DNA from: Chrysomallon squamiferum
Lineage: Eukaryota; Animalia; Mollusca
DNA: 64,000 nt
Assembly: GCA_012295275.1 (NCBI GenBank)
Contig: CM022676.1
Span: 12,276,001 to 12,340,000 of the forward strand
Direction: 5' to 3'
The notes beneath the pieces were generated by a model. It searched no databases and had not been told where the DNA came from. It worked only from the letters and a program-made list of their open reading frames with translations. Shown here piece by piece: positions 1-12,600 of the stretch. The position numbers and the translations under genes were made by a program. Every line of letters starts with the position of its first letter. Position 1 is the first letter of the stretch.

Positions 1-232
1 CAAAGCCCACCACAGAAACAAATATATATAATTTAGTTTGTTTAAGTGTTTGATACTTCTGATCACTAAAGTGTTGATAAACCTGAAGAAAAATAAAATA
101 AAAATAAAAGAGCATGAAATGAAACAGAAGTACAAGTAATAACAGATAAAGAACAGTTACAAAGAGATTTAGCCAGCAACACAGATATATATATATACTC
201 ACACACACATACATACATATAGAAGAACATAT

Positions 233-291
<59 letters not shown>

Positions 292-2304
292 CATGAACAC
301 AAATTCAAGAGTAGATAAACTAGAAAAAAATCTCAATTAGAAGATTCCTTACATGAATATAAAATGAAACATATCTGAAGATAAAGAATCACTTCCACTT
401 ATTTCTTCTAAAATACAGAAAATGTAGAGAACTATAATTATGTTCAATTTATTGAAATAATAATTTTACAAAAACACAAATTGTTTCATCTATGTCATTA
501 ATTAAATGAATTCACAAAGTTATTAATTTATATACAGCTTACGACTCAAACATAAACAGAAATTTCTCTTCAGTAAAATACAGGCATGTGGAAAATGCTT
601 ATTCGTTTTTATTAAGCGTATTAATATTTATACTGCAGTGGAAATTAGGATATAATTTACATAACTCAGCACTTATAAATAAATATTGTCAAAATCACCG
701 TACAAATTTACAACGTTTATTCACATCACACTAGTACCTAAAACAAACGTAAATTAATGTGGTCAGGATCTACTACAGCAAGTTTCGCAGCTTTATCCTA
801 AAATGCAATTGCAAACATATCTAGTTTATTAATGGATGCAAAAATAGTAAATGTTTTGCAGGTCCTAAATGTCATTAAAAAAACCCCTATATTTATGTTT
901 TACAAAATACTGCACTTGAAAACCAAATAAACCATCTTTCAGACTTCAGAGGTCTGCTAAAACGTGGAGTTTACAAAACATAAATATGCCTGGAATCATG
1001 TTGAATGTCTGAACTATCAAATTGTGTGCGAAATAGCTTGAACTCGCACAGTTTAATGGTTAAGCTCATGGATACAGCATTTTGTGGGCTCTATTTAAAA
1101 ATATTTCAAAAAGCTGCCACACAACAATAAAATTAATTATTTGCCAGGAAACAAATCCAAATCAGTATCACTGTCTACTTCAGTAGTGGAATAATAATTT
1201 CAGAAACTGCTGTCTGCGTCAACGTTAAGAAGGTGTCTGCTGATCTAAGGGACATTCAAAACTAATTGGGATTCATATTAATAGCTGCACATAATGATTC
1301 AAAGATTTGTGTTAGAGAACTCATTCAACATTTTAAAAGAGACATCATTTCTACTGCACTTGCTATTTAACACTTAGGCAAGGATCTGCCTGGGAGTGAA
1401 ATATGCAGTTTAAATGTATACATAAACATTAACCAACTGCATTTACTATATAAATAGTGTGAACATCCTTAGAAAATAAGAAAGTATTTTTGGCTGTAAG
1501 ACTTTGTGTAAATTGTAACAGAAACTATGAAAGGCAAAACTGACCTGATAACAGAACATTTACTGAGCCTTTAATTGTATCAGGAGCGAAATCGGAACAC
1601 CCCCAAGTTCCCTCATCATGTTCAGGATTGAAGCTATGAATAGATAGTGTGTATGTTTTACTGGTGGATGCAGTAACTGAATATCCTTTGATCTGTGTAT
1701 CACAGCTGCTGATATCAAATGATTTATCACACTGAACAACAGCGAGTTGTTGAGGATTGGTAAACTCTAGAGCACCACTCACTGAGCCACTTACTACTTC
1801 ACAAGTGAGGCTGAGAGGACGTTTTCTGAAAGCTTTTCCACCTGTAAGTTTCATTTGTGTTACACCTGTAACAAATAAAAAACAAATAAAATTTGTTTTA
1901 TTGTTGTAATTAAAATTCTTTGTGTAACACTGAAACCAGGAATACTGTAGCTACTTGTGTCTTTTTATTACGTTTAGAAAGGTTTCCTTAGTAACCATAC
2001 CAGACACATATCAAAACAAATTGAAACTTAAAAACTGGGTCAGCATGTTTTCCTTAATGTTCCTGATAAGTGAGATGTACTGACTTCCTTTTATTGTAGA
2101 TAATTTACCATTTTGTTGTGCTATTAAAAATAACAACAATAATAGTAAATGAAAAATTATTTTAAAAATAAAATGAGTAATAATTTCGTACCGAATTGTA
2201 TTATGTCTAAACTTATTTTCTAATTTAAATATATTACCTTCAGCAAATATCAGTAAAATGATAAAAAGATGAAAGAAGAAGATCCAATTCAATTGTAAAG
2301 TCAT
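1..2304 (-). CDS. G1: single-Ig-domain surface protein with extended C-terminus (3' end runs off the window)
   Basis: Exons (minus): 2238-2304 MTLQLNWIFFFHLFIILLIFAEG; 1545-1865 Ig domain (LTC...QC-x8-C...YTLSI...DEGTWGC); 353-407 EEISGSDSLSSDMFHFIFM; 82 to <1 FINTLVIRSIKHLNKLNYIYLFLWWAL... All junctions GT-AG with phases 1,1,2. The paralogues' stop is removed by a ~55 nt deletion. Confidence 0.85.
237..289. repeat. (GA)n microsatellite in last intron of G1
   Basis: Directly visible; equivalents in G4, G6, G7 and G8. Confidence 0.95.
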
Positions 2305-4030
2305 TGAATATTAAATCTGAAAAGTAAAAATAAATATTTCAGTAGATATTCATAATTAATTATTAATGGAACCCTTTAGCAACTTAAAACTTGCCTCTGG
2401 AATATATGGGTGCCACACAATTCTTTGGGGGTTTTGGGTTATGAAAAAAAATAAATAAAAATAAACCACCAAAAAACAACAACAATCGGATGAAATTTGT
2501 TTTATTAACTGAAGAGTCACATAGCAATATTCAGCTTTTTGATTAGTATGATTTAATCTTATTACTGATGATTTTATGTTCGCATGTTTTACCAGATTGA
2601 CATTTACAGATGTTTTCAGTATAACAATGTATGATGTACGTTGGATAAATTTCAACAAATCAGAAAGAAAAACAACTACAATTACTTTGAATGTAACAAC
2701 TGTATCTATATCAATTGATAGATAAAATTACTTCAGTAGGTCAGAAGGGTTAGGCCTGAATGAAACCAACAGCAATGTGTTACTTTCTTGTTACAACTTT
2801 TTAATGATTTTTAATTCTCAGGATCTATATCCACCATCAGGCAACAACATAACGAAAGAGAAAAAGATTATTAAATTTATATTTTAAAATAATGATAATT
2901 TATGAACTACATTTATGAAAAGGGAAATTGTATACAAAAGTTGTAATTAAATCAAAGTCCATAAAGTTCACGTTAAGAAATTGTGATTAATGTTTGTTTT
3001 GCACAAGATTTGACTTTATCTGCTTTGCCTTGAAGCTTTTCCTCATTAATGCACAGCATTTGATAATTTTCACTGAGGCATTTGTCCAAACAAAATCTGA
3101 GTTAGGCGCATTGTCATCCAGATAATAGACAACTCGTCTTTTCGTGAATCATTTAAACCGTTCCAAGAAGTGATTAGAATGAAGCAAAAGTTTATGCTTA
3201 CATCAAGAAACGATGCTGTTCTGTTCTATGAAAGAGGAAGGCAACAAAGAGCTTTTTCTGTAAATATGAGTTCTGGTAACAGAAGTATGATGCAGGTGAT
3301 ATTGATCTGATGTCCATGCAGCTAGCTGTAAGAGGATTCAAACAATACTTTGAATAGCATGGATGGCAGATTCTCTTTCCAGATTTCTGGGCAATAAACT
3401 AAGAACCAAACACAAATAAGAAATTGATATATTCATCAGATAATCATGCGGTCCATTTTAACTGTTACGATGTAAATTCGTAAGTATATGTTTTTATGCT
3501 TAAAATATAAGTTAAAGGATTTCGAAACATTATTTGCGGACGATATTTCACCCTAAATTGTCAATATTGTGCAAAACCAAATTTAAGAAAAAGTAGCGAC
3601 CTCGACAATTTAACATACCGGTTTCTTAAATCTCGGACGAAGGAGGTGATCTTTTATTTGTCTCTAAATATTTTTGATATTAATCATTGATGAAATGAAT
3701 TTTCGCAGTATGGAATATTTCCGTCCCTTTGTTAAAAACAAATCGATTTTCGTTTAATATCTTTATGAACGCAGTTATGTTCAGTCTTTATTTTCCCAAA
3801 GTAGTTATATCATGTTAACACTGCACTGTGTTTAATTAATAAAAAATAAATAAACAGACAGATAAATAAAAAGAGTACTGAACACAATTGGGCTGATATA
3901 TTTCTGACGATTTGAAAATGATAAAAACGGCTAGAATCCAAGAGTTCAGCTACAGATTTATAATTCTTTCCATGAAAAACACCGAAAAATATATTAACAA
4001 ATCTTCTCGCTCGCTCAGAAATAAAAATAA

Positions 4031-4076
<46 letters not shown>

Positions 4077-4779
4077 TCAGTAGCATTAAAAAATAAATGT
4101 TGTTTAATCCAAGTATATTTTTACAAATAATAATAAAAACAAAAAATTGGTAAAATATTTTTTATTAACGGCGTGCTATTTAAAAGCTCGAAGGATTAAC
4201 TCTCGTTGAAATGAAGACAAATTCTTGTTCTTCCGAAACTCGCAGTAAAAAACAACAACAGTAACCAAAAAACAAGAACAAAGGAACAAACAAGAAGAAG
4301 ACAAAGAAAGCAACAATAACGTAGTAACTACTTACAAAGTAGAATTCCGTATAGTTATGTTCAGGTTAATATTTGTGACAGCAAAATTCTTGTGATAATG
4401 TGTCAGTAATCGGCCATAGAAACATAAATGTTTTTATAATGACGCCACCTTTAACGAATTATGATTCCGAACTGCTGCTCACATTTATTTTTGTTTAAAT
4501 TTTTATTATAATTTTATTTTATGTTCAATCATATATATGTTAAAGTAGTTATGTGACAATAATAATAATAATAATAAAAATAAGAATAAGAAGAATAATA
4601 ATAATGAAAACAATAAAATCAATAGCAACAACAACAACAACAACAAAAAGAACAACAATAATAATTCCCGTTTTGCGAAAGTATTTTCGGGAGAAAATTA
4701 AAAATACTTCTCGAACAGAAAATGGAAACATTCCAAAGGAAAGCAATGGGGAAATGTGTACAAAGTGGATATAAATGTT

Positions 4780-5480
4780 TTTGTTCTGGAAATTCTAAAA
4801 GCGGAGAACTACGACAGTAGTTTTGGGGTTGGTGCACGTCAGAAGGGTACAATAAGTAAATATTATCATTCAGTAGTAACATAGATGCTTTATCCAACTT
4901 GGCTGACATAATATCTAATGAACTAAAGCCATTAGAAAACTGACAAACATTATTGCACATTTTAATTATCAAAGATATTATACTGCAGGTAATAGTGAGT
5001 AGATAATGTTCTACATTAATTACCACCCTATTTCTTTTGGAACATGGTATTCAGGACTGAACTTTTGCGATGTTGCCCATTCTGCTAGTAAGTCACTTCT
5101 TCCATTTCTCATTCTTAGCCTAAATGTTCCTGCTTCTATTTGCCTAAGGCTGGTTTGTAACAGCACTTTAGGTTGATGGTTAGTATAATGTTTTGTCATT
5201 GAAGCAACTATCTTTGTCTTCTAAGTCTGACATTGATGAATTATTTCAGTGTATAGTGCTTTTTGTTTTACACAGGACAATTTCTGACACCCTCGTGTAT
5301 GCCTCCTCTTTACTTTTGTTCTTCTTTCTGAAAACATCTACACGTGCTTGGCCATTGTTTGCAGTGCAGAGGAGGCAGTACGTGGCCAATTTATAATCTC
5401 ATGAAGCATTCATCTTTTCTCCTCACTTCTGCTGACCCAGTCACATGCCAGACCAGTCTGGTTTTTCTAAGTTCCTTTTC
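4780..5480 (-). mobile_element. Degenerate fragment, possibly ZMYM1-like hAT transposase
   Basis: Broken frames give FRLRMRN..SDLLAEW.TSQKFSPEYH...SIISLIIKMCNNVCQFS, reminiscent of the W..KYTSPEIQNE...FSI region of ZMYM1-type hAT proteins. No TIRs seen; recalled similarity only. Confidence 0.35.
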
Positions 5481-6909
5481 CAAATCCTTGTATATGAATG
5501 TGAATACACTGGTTTTACTCCTTTTAATATTATGCACAATATATGTATATGTATACATGCATGTAGATATATGAATGTATGTATGTATATATGTATTGGC
5601 ACACTGATATATTATCTGGAGATATATTATCTGGAGTACATAGAATATAACGAATGACTATTTTGTTTTTAAACTCAACACTGTTTAATATTATTAGAGT
5701 TCTTCATGATTATATGATGAGATAGAAAAAAGAGTTTCTCCCTTTCCATGGATGGCTCATGTTTGTTAAAATAAAGACATTTATACAAGACATCTCATGT
5801 TTTGTAAAAGTATTCGAATTGAGCAATGAGAGAAATGGCAAATAACAGCACCAAGTGTGGGGTAAACCATCATAATTAAACTTGTCTGCTGATCTAAGCA
5901 TACTAAGTTTATGGTCAGATTATCTTTCATTTTAAGTTTGATTTATTATTGTGTACATAATTTGAATGAAGAAACAAATAAAACAAATAGCTAACTATTA
6001 CTCTAGATCAGCTAGTTTCAGATAAAATGGGAACATAAAAATAGAGTATTTTAAAATGGATGCCTAATAGGGCAAGATAATTTATCTTATTTTACATACA
6101 TTTTTATTTTTTTTATTTTTTATTAATAGTATAAAATTAATAAATGAATAACATTTATGCTAATCAGTGGTATGAGCAATAATTTACTTTCATAAATATT
6201 GATTTATGATTATTATTATTAATTGGTGTGAAGCATGGTTTTTGTTTTCTTTTTTCATTTCAATTCTAATTCCTAAAACTTGAACCATTTGTGTGTGTGT
6301 GTGTGCGTGTGTCCAACTATCAATGTAACCAATGGCAAGATACAATTCAATAAATGATAAATTTATATATTTTTGATTACTAACAAAAATATAGTTATTG
6401 TAGGATAGAACAGTTTTCACTTTAATAAGGTACTTATTATTTGCATTTATGTATTTTTCAAGTTACTTATTTAGTTTAATATCTGTTCCAATTTTCAATT
6501 CTTGGGAATGGTGAGATGAGAAATAAAACAGTTAATTTCATTTAGTTTTTATATTAATTTGGATTGCAGATATACTAAATAACTGGTTACTGTTTTAAGA
6601 TAACAACTTTATCCTGCTCAGATCAAAAGAACAAATCTAGTGAACATATCTTGACACTATTAATAGCGAGTACCGGATAAATGTGTCTGTGTGCGTGTGT
6701 GATATTTTTCCTTTCTGAAAATTTGCGATGGCTTTGTTTTAATTAAATCTTTGAGAACAAAAACATGGTAGCAAAAATTAATTAAATACACTAATTAAAA
6801 TTTAATAAAATTGTTATATCTATTGAGATACTATAGTATCAGAGCACCTGTTTAAAGTCTTTTGATGTCTTGGTGAAATGTGGACAAATTGTTTATTTAT
6901 TTATTACAG

Positions 6910-7833
6910 GCAAGGCAAAGTTCATTATGGTGGCTGACAGAGCTTTCAGATGACATCCTTACAATATTACATGTAGATTCGAAAGTGGCAGTATAAATAC
7001 TACTTTAGACTTCAATCTTCCTGAATGAGCAAATATTATTCGATGTGGCCCGACGTTTGATGTTAATACCTGTTCAAAACTGATACCTGGTTAATCAGTT
7101 GATGCATCAACTGCAACAACATACACAATATCTGCTGATCCCTTCAATCCTGATACTGATGAGGGAATCTGGATATGTGCTGATGCAGATCCTAGTTCAG
7201 TGAAAGGCAAAGCAAACGTTACATCATCAGGTGAGTTTCTTCAACTGCATCTTTCAACTTATTACCATCGAAACATGGCACTAAAACTTAAAGTGCACAC
7301 ATTTATTATTACAATAAGCTGTTTACCACCTGTCTGTGAATTTCTGTGTTTTCAGCTGTGTTTTCAGTTGTTAGTAATGAACTGCCACTGATAAAGAACA
7401 ACAGTCAGTCCTTAGATGTGTCAGTTGTTGGAGTCTGTACATACCAAGCAGCTCAGTGTACTTGGACTTACACAGTTGGTACATTTTGGTGAATTGATTG
7501 TAGGCTGTACAATACTAAATAATGATATTTAATACAAAATATGTTTGTTGAGAGTTCAGGAGAGATTTATAAACAAATCTAAAGAGTTTACATAATTTGA
7601 CTAGTACTTGTAGATTATTTTTTTAAATTAAAATTATTCTTTATAAAATCTGATTGATATAATATGTTTATGGTTTAATGTTTCTACTCTTTTTTTATTA
7701 CATTTTTTTTCTTCATAATATTATTATTTCCTTTTAATATTTAATTTAGCCAAAAATGAGTATTCTTTGTAGGTGGGTCGAATAGGCCATACCTAAATAG
7801 CTAACTAACCTTTACACTGAGGATCTATATTGT
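6910..7833 (+). pseudogene. G2: two-domain Ig family pseudogene
   Basis: Ig exon 6910-7230 (YNITCRF...IRCGPTFDVNTC...DEGIWIC) has three in-frame stops (TGA, TGA, TAA). Domain-2 exon A 7356-7474 is open (AVFSVVSNELPL...GVCTYQAAQCTWTYT). Exon B from 7750 has stops and is cut at ~7833. No leader exon found. Confidence 0.88.
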
Positions 7834-7968
7834 AAATTTATAAACTACACGTATGTCTAAATGAAAAATTTAATGTCTGTAGCCGATAAAATTAGAGCTG
7901 ATAAATTATTCCATAATTTATAAGAATGAATAAGTATAAAGAACAACAAGAATAACACAAATAATAAC

Positions 7969-8012
<44 letters not shown>

Positions 8013-8028
8013 TGTCAGTTATTGCGCC

Positions 8029-8082
<54 letters not shown>
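7969..8082. repeat. Inverted microsatellite (AAT)n-18 nt spacer-(TAT)n
   Basis: Arms are reverse complements around gatgtcagttattgcgcc; second copy at 50528-50688. Confidence 0.9.
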
Positions 8083-8083
<1 letters not shown>

Positions 8084-8544
8084 AAATTTAAAATTCCAGT
8101 GTGACGGTTTCCGAGCGTCCACGAAAATTCCCGATCAAAATTCAAGATGACGTGGTCTGATGCCGGTCAGTGATTACAAATATTTAAACATATATTTTTC
8201 ATAATGCAATCAATTCTCATGGATTACTACACGTAGTTAGTTCAGATATATCATATAAGCAATGTCTTGTAAAAACAGACGTCAGGTTATTGAGTACAAA
8301 TTGTTGCAGAGGTTCAAATTGTTGTGTTTTTTTTCTTATTTTATATTTTATTTTATTATATTTTTTTTCGTAGCTTTGACGTCATATCACCTCATTTGGT
8401 ACCCATTTTGTACTGTAATATTATTCATGCACCACCGATCCATTTAAAAAAAATAGAAAAGAAAAATGTTTCTTAATTTGAAATTAATTTTTGAAATTTC
8501 TTTTTTCTCTTGCAGAAGTGATATTTATTGCCTAACAGAATTAA

Positions 8545-11107
8545 ATGGGTGTACAGATAAACTGCGTTTTCATCCTTTCTGTGTTTGTCATTTTGCTGAC
8601 AACTTCTGAAGGTAATGTAATTACTGGCATTAAACATTTCTAAACCTTATTGAAAATAAAATTAATTTCATAACAAAATGTATGAGTGATAGTTAATTAT
8701 TATTAAAGTAACAAAATACAATCATTTGCAGACTAGGACTATTTAAGATATATAAAGTACAATTTTTAAACAACATCAAGTGTTTTATAAAGGAAATAAT
8801 GACATTTGGCTAAAATATGTCACTTGGAAATCTGCACTCAAATATTCTAGAGTTATACTCAGAAAATTCTATACTGGGTCAGAGGCAAATCTCTCTCTAA
8901 TTGAGTAAAAGACAGCCACGGAAGAATCCTTCAGCGTGATTCACTTCATCATCAACCACAGCAAGCCTTACAGGATAGAGAGATGATAAGAAAAGCATTT
9001 GTTGAAGCAGCTGACTCATTGTTTCAGGAGAAACCGGAAATATTCTTTTCAATCATAGCTCTCGAACTATCAAGAAGCACAGTTACATGATAAATACATG
9101 CAGACACAGTCTTTTTGATTTCATTTATTAATATCTAGCTCCAATTCACAAAATTGCAAAAGACTTTCAAAGTCTATTGGATTTGTTAAACATTTGCTTT
9201 CACATTTGATTGGCATGGTCACCAAGGAAACCTTTCTAAACTTAAACAAAACACGTAAGTGGATACAGCTACAGCATTCGTGGTTTCAGTGTTACACAAA
9301 GAATTTCCATAACAACAACAAAAACAAATTTTAATTGTTTTTTTATTTTACACAGGCGTAACACAAATGAAACTTACAGCTGGAAAAGCTTTCAATAAAC
9401 GTCCTTTCAGCCTCACCTGTGAAGTAATAAGTGGCTCAGTGAGTGGTGCTCTAGAGTACACCCGTCCCGTAGGGGGGATCGTTGTCCAGTGTGATAACTC
9501 ATTTAACATCAGCAACTGTGATATCCAAATCCCGGGATATTCTGTTATTGCATCCACCAGTAACACATACACATTATCTGTTGCGCGCTTCAGTCCAGAA
9601 AATGATGAAGGAACTTGGACATGTACCGATTCAGCTGCTGATACGATTACTGCGAAATTAAATGTTACATTGTCAGGTCAGTTTAGGCATTGTTGTCTTT
9701 CGTAGTTTGTTATCATTCACATAATGCATTATAGCAGAAGATATATATATATATATATTATTTATTTATTATTGTTTTGGATGCTCACTGCTTTTATGTT
9801 GTAAATGTACTAAATTAATGTTACTGAACACTTTTAAACTACATTTTTCATTTCTAGGTAGATGCTGGGTTTAGTGGTATATAATGTGCACCTGTAACTG
9901 TGTGAAAGAATTGTCCATAGATAAATCTTTATATCAATTACGTACAAAACATTTGAATGCTCCCATTTTATCCATTACAATTTTATCCATTACGATTGGT
10001 TTTTCTTTATAATGCTTGTAATTTCTAAAGCTCCCAATTTCAAATAGTGTAAAGATATGTACTGTATATAATATATTTTAATTATTACAAAACAATCCAA
10101 TACTTTCTTTCTTTAGAAGCCACTCAAATGAGTAGCAGTGTATTGACACTTTCCCGCATACCAATCCTTTTCAAGCGATGTAGCACTTAGATCAGCGGAC
10201 AGCATTTCTGAAAATTATTATTCCACTGCCAAAGTGGACAGTCATACTAATTTGGATTTGTGTTCTGTTCCCTGTAATCTTTGACTTAAATAACCTGCTA
10301 GGCTCCTTAATGGTTTTTACTAATAGCTTTAGTGAGTTTAGGTCCAAAACGGATGAACATGTTTTATTCCAAACCTTATCTAAGTTAAATACACTTCAGT
10401 ATGAATATTCATACGTAGTGGACCAACCAAAAATCAGTTTCGAGAAGTCTATGAAACTCGACAAAATATTTCCTTACAAATAAATCTCTATTTATGTTTC
10501 TCAGTCACATGCAGTATAGAGATTAATTGTTTTGTAAATAAGAAATTTGAGATGTTTCAACAAATTTAAAGACATAGTTTTCTATTTTTGAGTCAGAAGC
10601 AGTATATAGACTGATATCATTAAAAATCAGATAATTAATGTCACAGAGTAGAGAAATTTGTGATTTTCTAAATTAATTTTTAAGCAAATTAATTTTCGTA
10701 TATTTTTTGTATATTTTAGAAGCAGCATTAACAAGCGGAAGTGATATTGAATCTTTGCCTGTATTTTTCTTATAATCACGTAATATTTTATTTATTTTTA
10801 TTTTTGTTTTATTTTTTGTTGATGAATTTAGCATTGCTTTTGTGTTGTTTTATATCTGTGTTTGAATACATAAACTGATTTAAATAAATACATTAATGAA
10901 TATATATTATTGTGTTTGTGTATATATTATATATGTGTGTGTTTGTAAGGTTCTAGCTGACCTATCTCTGTCTTTGTTTATGTCTGTCAAAGATCGTCGT
11001 GTTTTTCTATTCTTAATTGTACTTGATAGTTTCAGCTGCTGACTTTATTTCTTATTTTATCTTTCTTCAGATTTATCAACTTTTTAGTAATGACTGGTTT
11101 AATGTAG
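8545..11107 (+). CDS. G3: single-Ig surface protein; stalk exon has a -1 frameshift as assembled
   Basis: Exons: 8545-8611 MGVQINCVFILSVFVILLTTSEG; 9356-9676 Ig; 10720 (or 10726)-10779 ...LTSGSDIESLPVFFL* (TAA 10773-10775, one T short relative to paralogues); 11071-11107 FINFLVMTGLM* intact. Confidence 0.8.
8907..9090 (+). mobile_element. hAT (SPIN/GTF2IRD2-like) transposase fragment in G3 intron 1
   Basis: Translates, with frameshifts, to KTATEESFSVIHFIINHSKPY...IRKAFVEAADSLFQEKPEI...LELSRSTVT*; longer copy at 52049-52597. Confidence 0.7.
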
Positions 11108-11552
11108 ATCTACACACAGCTGACAGATGATGATGGAGACGTATGAAATGCTTACAAAAAATTTAATTTTGTTCTTGTTTCTTTGGGTTTCTTTAACAAA
11201 CTGAATAGTTCTTTGGACTATCGATTCATCTCAGAGCTTTCCCAGCTTAAATTGATAAGGAAGTATTCCTGCAAACATTTCCTTCCTCTTCGTCATCAAT
11301 TAGATTTTAAAGAAAAATAAGATGTGTTCAGAATATTGAAACTAGCGTCTATTAAAAAGGAATTCATCGGATGTCTTTGTTCTTTCTATTTTCTAATATC
11401 TGAAATGCATTTTTCTTTTTGTTTCACCGTTAATCTGTTAATCTTAGTGAACCAGTTATCAAATATTCCAGTTATCAGACATACTATTGTAATAGAAAAG
11501 TAAACAATAAAATTTACAAACGACATAAACAGTGGAACTCGTAAAAAAACAC

Positions 11553-11612
<60 letters not shown>

Positions 11613-12283
11613 GTGTCAACACTAACCATTTATAACCATTTTAATATCAAACAAGAAAAAAAAAATCGTAATAGCAGATGGAAAAAAGAAAGAAAGAAAT
11701 AAGAAAAAAAGAAAGAAAAAAAGGAATGATGCAATAAGTGAAGCTTTAAATACTGATTAAAGTGAAACTGTTAATTCTTCACATATGGATATGTGTGTCT
11801 GAGTGTGTGTGTGTGTGTGTGTGCTTGTCTCTCTCTCTCTTTCTCTCTTTCTCAATCTCTCTATATATATATATGCAGAAATATAGTCATAGATACGTGT
11901 GTGTATGTCAGTATTTGAATTTGTTAGTAGTAGTAACATAACTAATAATAATAATAATAAATAAATAAAAATGTTTTATGATTTAATTAACATGTACTGT
12001 GTTCAAAGATGAAACATAATTCTAGCTTCTAAATGTACAAGTTTTTATTTCTGTGATGCAGTCAAGTTTACTCGAAACATTATAAGTTATACAATTTCTT
12101 TTCGAAATAATCTGACCAATAATAATAATAATAGTAATAACAACAACAGCAACAACAACAATACTCATAATAATAATGAATACAAAGCCCACAACAGAAA
12201 CAAAATATGTATAATTTAGTTTGTTTCAGTGTTTGATACTTCTGATGTCTTTGTGTTTATCTGTCTGTGAGGTGTGTGTAGAT

Positions 12284-12507
12284 CTACAACAAATCAGTGA
12301 TCACTAAAGTGTTGATAAACCTGAAAAAAAAAATGAAATAAAAATAAAAGGGCATGAAACAAAACAGAAGTACAAGTAATAACAATGAACAGTTACAAAC
12401 AGATTTAGCCAGCAACAAAGATACATATATATATATATATAAATAAATATATATATAAACACATATATATATACATATATATATACTTATATATATATAT
12501 ACAACAT

Positions 12508-12600
<93 letters not shown>

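Larger units (their letters stand above)
1..7833 (+). repeat. Segmental duplication, copy 1 (partner ~12183-20606)
   Basis: Colinear by eye from caaagccc (1 / 12183) to tgaggatct..attgt (7833 / 20606); ORF track repeats (4619/17544, 5193/18217, 5445/18469). Confidence 0.95.

Noticed and set aside
3000-3450. Higher-complexity block upstream of G1, possibly coding or TE (also 32310-32640)
   Set aside because: No sustained ORF, termini or recognisable motif; needs a repeat-library search.
3912-4774. Poly-Ile/Thr/Val hydrophobic ORFs (also 7918, 11386, 30241, 39256, 47399, 50486)
   Set aside because: Translations of (AAT)n/(AAC)n microsatellites.
6404-6429. Candidate small exon tgtag/GATAG...AATAAG/gtactt upstream of G2
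   Set aside because: 26 nt, not frame-preserving and not similar to family leaders.
9348-9572. Antisense ORFs over Ig exons (also 14015-14275, 41081-41389)
   Set aside because: Shadows of the real Ig exons on the opposite strand; no independent splice or domain evidence.
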